From positions 102,731,676 to 102,795,675 of the forward strand of contig NC_057717.1 of NCBI RefSeq assembly GCF_004010195.1: a stretch of DNA of 64,000 nt, written 5' to 3'. The notes below the pieces were generated by a model. It ran no database searches, was not told the origin of the DNA, and saw nothing but the letters and a program-made list of their open reading frames with translations. The position numbers were made by a program, and so were the translations under genes. Every line of letters begins with the position of its first letter. Within the stretch, counting starts at the first letter, position 1. This stretch comes from Chiloscyllium plagiosum. Its lineage: Eukaryota. Shown one piece after another: positions 50,701-62,700 of this stretch.

Positions 50701-53700
50701 AGTTCTGGACTCCCTCACCCCAGGGAAAAGACCTTATTTATTTACCCTGTCCATGCCCCTCATGATCTTATAAGCCTCTATAAGATCACCTCTCAAACTC
50801 TGAAGCTTCAGGGAAAACAGCCCCAGCCTATTCAGCCTCTCCCTGTAGCTCAAACTCTCCAACCATGGCAACATCCTTGTAAATCATTAGATGTATGTGC
50901 ACGCCTGGTGAACGGTGGGACTTCACTAGGTCTGCTATCTTTTTGAAAGACTTGTTAATGAATATCAGAGAGGTCTCCTTTCTCTCCTTTTCAGTGCACT
51001 CTGTATATCTGGTTGAACTTATTCTGTCCCTCCAAAGAGCAATTGGAACACCAACAGTAACAATGGGCCAACACATTTGTATCCGTATGTTGTAATTGGC
51101 AACAAAAGCGCTGAGATTTAGAAAGGTCTTAGTGTAAATCGTCAATTTAAGACAAACATCAGTTTCCACCTTTCCTTTCCCTGTTCAGAAGCCTACATAC
51201 GTTACAGAAAAACTCAGCTCTTTTTAACTCATTCCAATCACCAAATTGACGGGCGCGCAGTGGGGGGTGCTGTAATGTTAAGCAAAACAGAAATTGGGAG
51301 AGGCTAAGGGGAATTAAACCAAACTGTTGTTGGAAAGGGAGATAATATACTCCAGGCCCCATATATTCCTAAAAGGTCTAGGCTACCTTGGTAAAATATT
51401 TTGAGGGGGGTCTGGTTCAGTGGGCACTGTCGTGCTCCCTCTCCAAGGAGAACTGGGCAATGGCTAGAGGACAGGGGTAGCCATCGGGATTGATGACCGT
51501 AGAGCTCAGCTCTTAAATGCACATCCCAGTGAATGTTGCCTGCTCTCTGCCAACTCTCTTTATGCATTAAAGTGACCCGTGTGTCTAAATGTGGCAGCAT
51601 TAGCTGCAACCTTTCTGATGTGGGAACAGAAATCAGTGTGAAGGAGAGCGTGCTGAAGAAGCTTCTTCACCAGATTATGAGGCAGCAGCGATTCATAACG
51701 CAAAGGCCTGGGAACGGGCTGCTTGCCAGGTCTCCTGGGAGTGTGGCCAACCTTCCAAGACTGCCCCTGGAGTCTCCAGGGACTAAAGACTAATCCCTGG
51801 GCAATGCTTTGAGCAGCCCTTGCCAGGAAAACCATAAAGGGGAATTATAAGACACCTTATGTTTAAATATTCCCTAAGTAACTGAGTTTATTAATTGTGA
51901 AAAAATAAACTTTTGGAATCACGGGTCTGGAAGGTTGTTACAGAGGGTGGAACCTCCTGAAATACGGAAAAGTCGAGCGAGAAATTTCGGGACTAAATCA
52001 AACAATTTACAGCGTGGGGTCAGGCAGAAAATAATGTTGGAAGTTTCCGACTACAGCCGTTTAAAGGGTTATGAAAGGCCTGCTGCGCTTGATATGCTTT
52101 GCTAAATTTACTGCGTTAATTTGAAGTGACGCTATTTAGTTAAGAATGATTTTTGTTTCGTTCTCAGGGTCACCCTGGTCGAGAGGGTCCTGCAGGTGAT
52201 AAGGGGAATGCGGTATGTTCTTTACTGACTGTTGGAAAGATGGTTGCTGGGTGTAAGTGGGTGGTGATTGTAATGTTCCACAGTTCTGGGTTTGGCTGTG
52301 TGAGTCTGTTTACTCCTGTGACAATGCTGTAGCATTAAGAGGTTATTTTGTCCTGAATTTTTTAATTGATTGAATGAGAGGCACCAGGCTAGCTACTGAA
52401 GACCACTTGAGTAAACAGCTTGAGAAGCCTTGGGTTTTATGCATGCAGCCTGACAGGGTGTGGCCAGCTCTCATTGATCAGGATTACCTGAGTAGCATCA
52501 GCAGCTGTTGGGGTCAGAACAGAATCGGGAGCTTCAGTGAATGTCTCCTGGCTGCTACTCTCTCTGAATTTTCTCTTGATGTTTTTCTTCCTCCTGGATG
52601 GGAGAACTGTATGTGAGAATCTATGTCTGAATTTGCCTTTTTGCCAAGGGGCATGTTTATGGGATGTTACTATATTCAAACAGTTCATAAGTAATAGTTA
52701 CTGCATCTATTATTCTATAAAGTTTTCCAATAGAGTTGTTAATCTAAGTTCCTTTTTCTTTGGTTGTATTTTAACTGCATTGTTTAAAGAAATAGTGTTG
52801 TGCTTCACATTGAGTTATTTGACCATCACATCGCATCGGGAACAGACACTTTATATTTTCCTTTAAAATAAGAATAAGTTAGGGTCTAGGCTACCATGGT
52901 AAAATATTTTGAGGCAGTCTGCTCTAGTCCATAACACTCCTGATGCTCTGTGGTTAGCACTGCTGCCTCACAGCGCTTGGGTCCCAGGTTCGATCCCAGC
53001 CTCTGGTGACTCTGTCTGTGTGACGTTTGTACATTGTCCACGTGGGTTTCCTCCCGGTGCTCCGGTTTCCACCCACAGTCCAAAGATGTGTAGGTCAGGT
53101 GAATTGGCCGTTCTAATTTGCCCATAATGTTAGCTGCGTTCGTCAGGGAGGAAATGGATCTGGGTGGGTTACTCTTTGGAGGGTCGGTGTGGACTGGTTG
53201 GGCCGAAGGGCCTGTTTCCGCACTGTAGGGAATCTAATCTAATCTAAATTGAGAAGAAGCAACAAACAGGGGATGTGGATGGCGTTGATGTGTCTGACTG
53301 AGGTGCATGATGGTCCCTTTGTTAACGCCCAACTTGGCCAATGAGGAAGGATACCACATGTATAGTCCGCTTCGTTGATCAGGTTAATATGAGGTTTTCA
53401 GGTTTGAATGCAGCTTTCAATGACAAGCTTTACCCCCGATTAGACTCCTGACTTCAGCATCTCTCTCAAAATGTGATGCTCAGTCACATTTGAAACCATT
53501 ACAACCACATTCTTGTGCCATGTTGCAGGGTGCAGTGGTGGTCTAGGTGGGGAATGACCTCGGACTTACATGCTGGGACAGTGAGGTGAAGAACCGAGAT
53601 TGTTCATGGCTTTAATTTGGACAGAGTGAGTGAGGGCTGCAGATGCTAGAGATCAGAGTCGACAGTGTGGTGCTGGAAAAGCACTGCAGGTCAGACAGCA

Positions 53701-56700
53701 TCGACGTTTCGGGGAAAGGCCCTTCATCAGGAATCATTTAGTTTGGACTGGTCACCCTACCCTCCCAGTTGGAAGGCCCAGTGATTGTATTTTTTCCTTC
53801 TGCCTGACTCCTTCCCTCAGTGATTTAAGATTCTCGAGTCGAACTTCCAGCAGTGGGGAAAGTACAGAGTTTCTAGCACCTCCAGCAGCACCCCTCACTT
53901 CCCTGGAGATGTGGACTCTCTGGGTGAAATAGTGCAGTTTCTGTTGGAGCCCAGCCCTGGGGTCTGTGCCTTGCTGGGTCTTACTGGAAGGTGGACTTCC
54001 TGTTGGAACGAAGGCAACTGCATTTATATAGCACCTTTCTCAACGTGAGGACTAGCACCCCGATGTGCTCTGTCACTGATTAATTACTTCTGGAAGGGTA
54101 GTTGCTGTTGAAGGAAAAGCAGCAGCCTGTTGATGCAAAGTGAGCTCCCACGACCAGCAACGACGTAGTGACCGGTGACGTTGGTTGAGGGTTAAGTGTC
54201 AACTCCACCCCTCTTTTCCCCCCCCCCCCCCCCCCACCCCCCCACCCCATTCTCCTTGCAGGCCTGGGATCCTATATGTCTTGTCTGTGCGGGGAGATGT
54301 TAGACATCTCGTCCAAAATAGTTCCTCTGGCGCTATCGCACGGTCGTGTACTTTTGAGGGGGTTGGTTGAGGTACCAGTCTACATTGGATGCTCAGGTCA
54401 ATGCAGTGAGATTGGACGACACTGAGACCAGGTGCTGGTGCCTGGGCCAGGATCCATCCCTGGATTAAGGGTAGTCTCTGCAGCATCCCCAGCCTGTTGC
54501 TGGACCTGCCTCAAACTGGTGTTTGAGATTTTGCTGCAGCTGCAGTCTGCCCCCTCAGTATTTCACACACATCAGCCTGTGTAGCTACATTTTGTTCCCA
54601 TGCTATGAGTTGATGCTCCGAGCCCCCCAGCTGTTGTGGGCAGATGTGGAGAGTTGCCCGTAGGGAAATTCGGAAGGAAGGAGAAATCCTTATGGCAGCT
54701 GCTCAGGGAAATACTGTGGCTCGAATAGAGCCCTGGGTGTCACCCTATCCCTCAGCATCACTCACTCTGTAATCCCGCAGTCCACCGCTTTCCAGTGACC
54801 CCTGCTGGATAAAGCAGCAAATGCCAGGCAAGGCCAGTCGGTGGTCTTCATTGCAATGCCACACGCTGTCAGATAGCAAGTCAACTCTTAGCTGCTACTG
54901 GAACATTGTTCACAGAATTGCTGACTGTGGGCCGAGCTCAGCCTGAATCCTGGAGAAGGGTTGTATTGTAGAATTAAAGATTGTAAGTCATGCAGATGTT
55001 GTGAGTTGCCAGTTATTGCATTAGGGTAACACTTCTTAATTCCCAATCTTCCCCTTCATCCTACTGACTCTTTAGTGTTCTACTCCAGGAAAGAATGTTC
55101 TTGTTTCTTTCCTTTTAAAGTTCAGTTGTCAGTTCAATACAAATGTCATCAGAATTGTTTTTTAACAGGGTCCTGCAGGTGCACAGGGTCCAGTCGGATA
55201 TCCTGGGGTTCGAGGTGTCAAGGTAAGAAGGTTGCAGAAAAATGTAGTGTGTGAGGGATGTGGGCATGCAATCTATGATTGTGTCTGTGTGTGCGCGCGC
55301 ACACACGTGCGTGTGTGTCTGTGTGTGCGCACGCACACACGTGCGTGTGTGTCTGTGTGTGCGCGCGCACACGTGCGTGTGTGTCTGTGTGTGCGCGCGC
55401 ACACACGTGCGTGTGTGTCTGTGTGTGCGCGCGCACACACGTGTGTGTGTGTCTGTCTGTGTCTGTGTGTTTGCATGTCTATGTGCATGTCCCTGAGTAG
55501 ATGGGTGTGTGTGTATGTCCATTCAATTTTGTGTCTGTATGTGTGTGTCTTTGCTAGTAAGTGTGTCAATGTTAACGGTTCACAGGTTGGAATGAAATAA
55601 GTTGGCCAATGCAGTGTTTGTCAGGTAATTCAGGTTATTAAAACATCCATTGTTCTATGTGGCACTGAGTTTACATTAGTTTACCGCAATAGGTTTCTGC
55701 CTATAAAATGTATCTGAAACCTTCAAAGAAAACTCTCTCTTCAATTTGCGGAATGTTTAGTTCCTAGCCTCTGATTGGATGTAACTGAGTAAAACGTTTG
55801 TGATGAAACCGAAAAACCCAAACACAGAGATACACATACAGACCCTCACCCTCACCCTCACCTGCAGACACTCACTGAGACACACGCACACACTGAGACA
55901 CACACAGGCACACCATGAGAGAGAGAGAGAGAGACACACACACAGAGGCACACCATGAGAGACACACACACACCATGAGAGACACACACACACACACACA
56001 GGCACAGATATACACACGCACATACAGATAGACAGACACACACACACACACCTGACTGTGGGCTGTGACCTGAGAAACCACTGACTGGGAGTTAATTCAG
56101 GCACCTGTCCTGTTTGATGCTTCTCTAACCTGCATTCCCCTCTCTCGGCAGGGTGCTGATGGAGTCAGAGGACTGAAGGGACACAAGGGGGAGAAGGTGA
56201 GGAAAACCTCCACTGCAATAAAAACAAAATACTGCAGATCCTGGGCACCTGAAGCAAAAACAGACAGTGCTGGAGGAACTCAGCAAGTCTGGCACCCTCT
56301 GAGGAGGGAGGAGCAGAATAAACTCTTCAACTCCAAAACGAGCCTTCTGAGTTTCTCCTGCACTGTCTGCTTTTAGTTTAGGAAAGCCCCACACAGTATA
56401 ACTTGTAGCTAAAGATGCTAACCCTCCAGACTGGTCCTGGAGTTTCTGATCATTCTCTACAGCACCATTGACAAAAGAGAAAAACACAGATTGTAAGGGT
56501 TGGGCAAACCTTTCAGTCTATTTTACATTTTTTGCTTCAGTTTCTCACATTTTTAGTTTGCTAGTTCCAAAATGGAGACATTTTATAGAAGTGTTTAATC
56601 TTTCGCTCTCTGGGACAATTGCCATCACTTGTGAACTAATCAGTGCCCTCCTCTCAGGCACTGCCTCATTGGTGGTTTTCCCTTTCATTTGGTATTCTTG

Positions 56701-59700
56701 CAATGTGTCCTGATGAGGGCAAGATGCAAAGCTTTGACAAAATGTGTATTTTTCACTGATACTCAAATTCTGCTGTTCCAAATGACTATTAGTTATAAAG
56801 ATATTGTAATCTAGGGAACAGGCTCGTTAATGGATGAGAGTGGAGGCTGCAACTCATCCATTCTGGGGCGGTGATGGCCAAGTGGTATTATCACGAGATT
56901 GTTCATCCAGAGCCCCAGGTAGTGTTCTGGGGATCTGGGTTTGAATCTCACTGTAGCATATGGTGGAATTTGAAATGAATAAGCATCTTGAAATAGCAGT
57001 CTAAAGCTGACCATGAAACTATTGCTAATTGTCATGAAAAATCCATCTGGTTCACTAATGTCCTTTAGGAAAGGAAAGTGCCATCCTTACCTGGTCCGGC
57101 CTACGTGGGACTCCAGACCCACAGCAATGTGGTTGACTTCTAACTGCCCTCTGGGCAATAAATGCTGGGCCTCGTAAATGAATTAAAACAAGTCAGGTTG
57201 GCTGAATACGTTCCACCCTGTGTTCCTACTTTGGGAAGTGTAAAGGAGCTGCCATTGAAGTGTCCTCACTGTCTCTGAGTCAGGAGCATATCAAAGTCAC
57301 TGAGGTGGATCTTACAGGGAGCCTGCAGTAGGGGCTTTCTGGTGCTCCCTTGGGCCTGGACGGTGCATGAGCGAATCCAGGCCACAATCTGTGGTGAATC
57401 CACTTTGTGGTGCACCATCTCCTCTTGCTCCAGCAAGAGCAAAGTACTTTACTGATCTCCTTGCAGCATTAATGCATTAGATTCCCTGTTTTGTCATGTT
57501 TTGAGTGTGTAGCTAAAGACATTGCTCATTTATTTAATCATCAATGTTTGACTTTTGTGTTTCATTAAAGGGCGAAGATGGATTCCCTGGTTATAAAGGT
57601 GACATGGGAGCGAAAGGGGACAGGGTGAGTTAAATGTGGGCGTGGTTGGGTTAGCGAGCCCGAATCTAACAGAGCAACTTGTTCAGTGGCATCTTTGTAT
57701 GGTTTTACTTGCCTTTACTCTCTTTTAGACAGTCTCCTCCTTAATCTTCACACTCGTGCTCCTGTGGAATGACTATGCTAATATTGTAAGTGTGTTTGGT
57801 GTTGCCTGTCTGTCTCTCTTTCTTTCTTTCTCTCTATCTCTCCCTGTCTTATTTGGCCCATCTCCCTTTCTCTGTCACTCTCTCTCTGTCACTCTCTCTC
57901 TCTGTCACTCTCTCTCTCTGTCACTCTCTCTCTCTGTCACTCTCTCTCTCTGTCACTCTCTCTCTCTGTCACTCTCTCTCTCTGTCACTCTCTCTCTCTG
58001 TCACTCTCTCTCTCTGTCACTCTCTCTCTCTGTCACTCTCTCTCTCTGTCACTCTCTCTCTCTGTCACTCTCTCTCTCTGTCACTCTCTCTCTCTGTCAC
58101 TCTCTCTCTCTGTCATCGCTCTCTCTCTCTCTCTCGCTCTTTCTTTCTCCGCCTGCTGGTGGGAATCAGTGCCGTTGATGCCTTCCAGCCTCTGTGCAGC
58201 TGAATTGTATCAGGCCCCTGCTTACACGATCTGACAGAAGGGGGCCATTCTACCCACTCTGCCAGAACTAACCCTTTGTAAAAGAGCGATCCAATTGACC
58301 CCACTCCCACGTGAGCTTCCCCTGTTGGGGGAGGGGAACGTTTTCACAATCTTCACTGACTAATCTTCCTCTTGTCAACAACTGATGAAGCTTGGCACAG
58401 ACGATCACACTCGTCACTGGAGGATTATGAAGAAAGCTGAGGATTTTGATAACCATTAAACTGTGCCTCCTTCAGGGAGGGATGAGCTGTTTGTACATAA
58501 TGCCTCACTGATTCCCAATTTCCCTTGTCATGTTTTGCAGTGATTGCATTACTCTGTAGTGCTATTTGTTTCACCTGACACAAAATCTCGCCTTCTGCTT
58601 CCCCTTTGACCTTCAACACCTCCAGTCAATGACACCCCTCGTGAGTCCTTCAGAGCACGCCCAGAGTCTGTCTTGTCTTCCATTACTCAGTGCATCACTT
58701 CCTCTGTTTCTTTCTGACCTGACCACAACCTCCCCCCACTCCTCCCACCCCAACACGTCTCCCGACCCGCGGTATGATACAGGCTTGACTAATCCATTTT
58801 CAGTACACTAGCTTGATTCCAGGGGTGAAGGTAGATGGACTGGGCCCATGCCCATTGCAGCTTAGAAGAAGAAGAGATGATCTTATTGGAACGTATGGCC
58901 TGGTGAATGCTGAGAGGATGGTTCCTTTACCTTCGAGGGGGAATATGGAAACCAGGCACACTGTTCCCGAATCAGGTGTTGCCTGGTTGGTTGGCTGTGT
59001 TTGGTCGGTTGGCTTGTAATGCAGTCTGAAACGTGGGTCTGGCTCCCACACCAGCTGAGGTTACCATGAAAGTCTCTCCTTCTCACCCTCACCCCGCTGC
59101 CCAGGTTAAGCTCACCATTGTCTCTCTCCTTCTGTCTAATGACAGAGCAGCTTTATGCTCTGGTAGGACAATGGATAAAGAGGGTTTTTTTTAACCCCCC
59201 TCTTAGAAAGTGGTTAATCTTTGATATGTTCTTCCCTGTGGAGGCTTAGACATTGAATATATTCAGAATGAAGTCAGGAGCGGAACAGGTGGGAGAGTAG
59301 GATAGAGGGCACAATCCGACCATCCAATATGTGGGTGGCATGGTGGCTCGCTGGTTAGCACTGCTGCCTCACAGTGCCAGGGACCTGGGTTTGATTCCAC
59401 CCTTGGGTGACAATCTGTGTGGAGTTTGCACATTCTCCTCGGGTCTGCGTGGGTTTCCTCCGGGTGCTCCGGTTTCCTCCCACAGTCCAAAGGTGTGCAG
59501 GTTAGGGTGGATTGGCCATGCTAAATTGCCCACAGTGCACAGGCTAGGGTGTATTGACCATGCTAAATTACCCATAGTGCACAGGCTAGGGTGTAATGGC
59601 CATGCTAAATTACCCATAATGCACAGGCTAGGGTGGATTGGCCATGCTAAATTAACCTGTAATGTCCAGGGATATGCAGGCTAGGTGGGTTAGCCATGCA

Positions 59701-62700
59701 GAGTTACAGGCATGGGATGCCCTTCAGAGGGTTGGTGTGGACTTGATGGGCCGAATGGCCTGTAGGGATGCATGGTACAGCAGGATTGAAGTGGATTGTG
59801 CACCTTTCCTGGATTCTAGTAGAGCCTCACTGTCAATGAAATGTTGAAGTCAGTGTCTGTTGAAATCCGAATGCAAGTTTTCGCTGTCGAAGATCAGTGT
59901 GACATCACACTCGCTGGTACTATCCGCACACTGGGATGGGCTTCCAAGGAATTGAAGATGGGGTTTGTTTTCCAATGGTGCGGGGTGGGAGGCGGGGCAA
60001 GTTGCCACTAACCGTTTAATCCCACCAGCTTATTTTGAATTCTTCATCTTGGAAGAGGATGGCCTGTTTCAATGGCTTGCTTAGCACTGGGCGTATCTGC
60101 TAGAACGTAGTCTCAAACTAGGGAGATAGGGTTGGGAAGACTCACAGTTGTGAATGATTGGAGGAGGCAATGAGTGCACTGAGGGGGATGGTCAATATGA
60201 GGAGAAGACTCTGATTTTATTTTCTCATTCATTCAATGGGGGTGGTTCAGCATTTATTATCCCTCCCTGGAGATAGTGGTGATGAGCTGCCTTCTTGAAT
60301 CCTTGGGGTGTAGGGACACGCACAGTGCCCTTAGGGAGGGTGTTCTAGGATTTTAACCCAGCAACAGTGAAAGAACAGCAGTGTACTTCCAAGTCAAGTT
60401 GGTGAGTGGATTGGAGGGAAACTTGCAGGAGGTGATGTTCCCATGTAACTTTTGCCCTTGCCCTTCTAGATGGAAGTGGTCATGAGTTTTGTTTTTATTT
60501 TAGATTAGATTCCCTACAGTGTGGAAACAGGCCCAACAAGTCCACACCAATCCTGTGAAGAGTAACCCACCCAGACCCATTCCCCTATACTAATGCACCT
60601 AACACTACGGGCAATTTCCCATTGCCTATCCACCTAACCTGCACATCCTTGGACTGTGGGAGGAAACCGGAGCAAACCCACCCAGACATGGGAAAAGTGT
60701 ACAAACTCCACACAGACAGTTGCCCGAGCCGGGAATTGAACCCGGGTCCCTGGTGCTGTGAGGCAGCAGTGCTAACCACTGAGACACCATGCCACCTGGT
60801 GTTTCAGTCATATCAACCTGTCATTCAGACTTAGAATCATACAGTGTGTAAACAGATCCCTTGGTCCAATTGGTCCATTAAGACTAGATATCTTAAATTA
60901 ATCTAGTCCCTTTTGCCAGCATTTGGCCCATATCCCTCCAAACCCTTCCTATTCATATACCCATCCAAGTGCCTTTTAAATGCTGTAATTGTACCAGCCT
61001 CCACCACTTCCTCTGGCAGCTCATTCCATACACGTAACTCCCTCTGTGAAAACGTTACCCCTCGAGTCCTTTTTAAATCTTTCCCCTCTCACCCTAAAGC
61101 TATTCCTAATAGTTTTGGACTCCCCTATCCTGGGGAAAAAGACCTCGGCTGTTTACCCAATCCATCTCTAATGACAGGGCACAACCATCCATTGCTCACT
61201 TGTCTGTCAGCTGTGACTCAGTGTATCTGTCACTGAGTCTGAAGGTTGTGAGTTCACATCCCACTCCAGAGACTTGGTTGTGAAATATTCTGCTGGGACA
61301 GTGCCGTGGGACAGTGCTGCATGATCAGATGGCATGTTCAACTGAAATCTGGGTGTGGTTTCTCAGGATTTGAACGTATCTGCGGTGTTATTTTGAGGAA
61401 AGTGAAATAACAACAGAGGCTGGTATACCGTTGCCGGATCACCCTTTATTTACACCGCGCACAGTCCTTGACTCCAGTCCTGTCTCATTCAGAGGCAGCT
61501 TTCAGAGTGGCAGTAACTCTAATTGTCCCCTTTTATTTTTTTCATCTTTTTTTATCTTATTTCCCCCCACATTACCGCCTAACTGCGATAGTGCTTATTT
61601 TATCCCCAGCACTCATGGTGTGTGTGTGCAGGTGTGAGACACAGTGAGAGACACAAGGTATACGAATCTTTATTCAGTTTCCACCACCAGGAAGAAAGGA
61701 AACACCCGAGTGGCCAGTGACAAGCAGTGCCCTTCACATCAAAGGGCAATGCTGTGTGATCAAACAGTGAAGGGCAGGGATTAAATCAAAATAGTATTGG
61801 ACAGGGAAATAATGCACTCCACTCCCTGCGGCGCCCACCTCTCCCTGAACAACTCCAGGGTGTTGGTGGACATCGTGTGCTCCTTCTCCAGAGACACTCA
61901 GGCTCTAACATAACCGGAAAAGGGGTAGGCAGTCCACGACCCCCTCCACAGCCCGCTGCCTGGACCTGTTTATGGCCCAGGAGCAGACCCATGAGGAGGT
62001 CTTCAGACCTGCCCTCCCCCCTCCGTACTGGGTGCCCGAAGATCAGGAGCGTGGGACTGAAATGCAACCAAAAACAGAGAAGATTGTGTCCTTTTTTTTT
62101 TTAAAACACTGCCCTTTCTCCTGTTTATTTTTTTTTTTCCTCTTTTTCTTTTTTTTTTCTTTTTTTTTCTTTTTTTCTCTTTTTTTTTTCCCCCCACACT
62201 ACCGCCTAAGTGCGGTAGTGCTTATTTTATCCCCAGCACCCATGGTGTGTGTGTGTGCAGGCAGGGATTAAATCAAAATAGTATTGGACGGGGAAATAAT
62301 GCACTCCACTCCTTGCGGCGCCCACCTCTCCCTGACAACTCCAGGGTGTTGGTGGACATCGTGTGCTCCTTCTCCAGAGACACCCAGGCTCTAACATAAC
62401 CGGAAAAGGGGTAGGCAGTCCACGACCCCCTCCATGGCCCGCTGCCTGGACCTGTTTATGGCCCAGGAGCAGACCCATGAGGAGGTCTTCAGACCTGCCC
62501 TCCCCCCTCCGTACTGGGTGCCCGAAGATCAGGAGCGTGGGACTGAAATGCAACCAAAAACAGAGAAGATTGTGTCCTTTTAAAAGGTCAGCCTGGACTC
62601 CCTGATTGGACCAGGTTAAAAGCCCCAATTAGGAAACTCATATTCTATGAGGTCCAGCTAGCTGACCTCATTATAATTACGACAGAGCGATCATTACACA

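Noticed and set aside
55115..56104. HT/VC-rich ORFs as zinc-binding proteins
   Set aside because: Translations of (CA)n/(TG)n microsatellites
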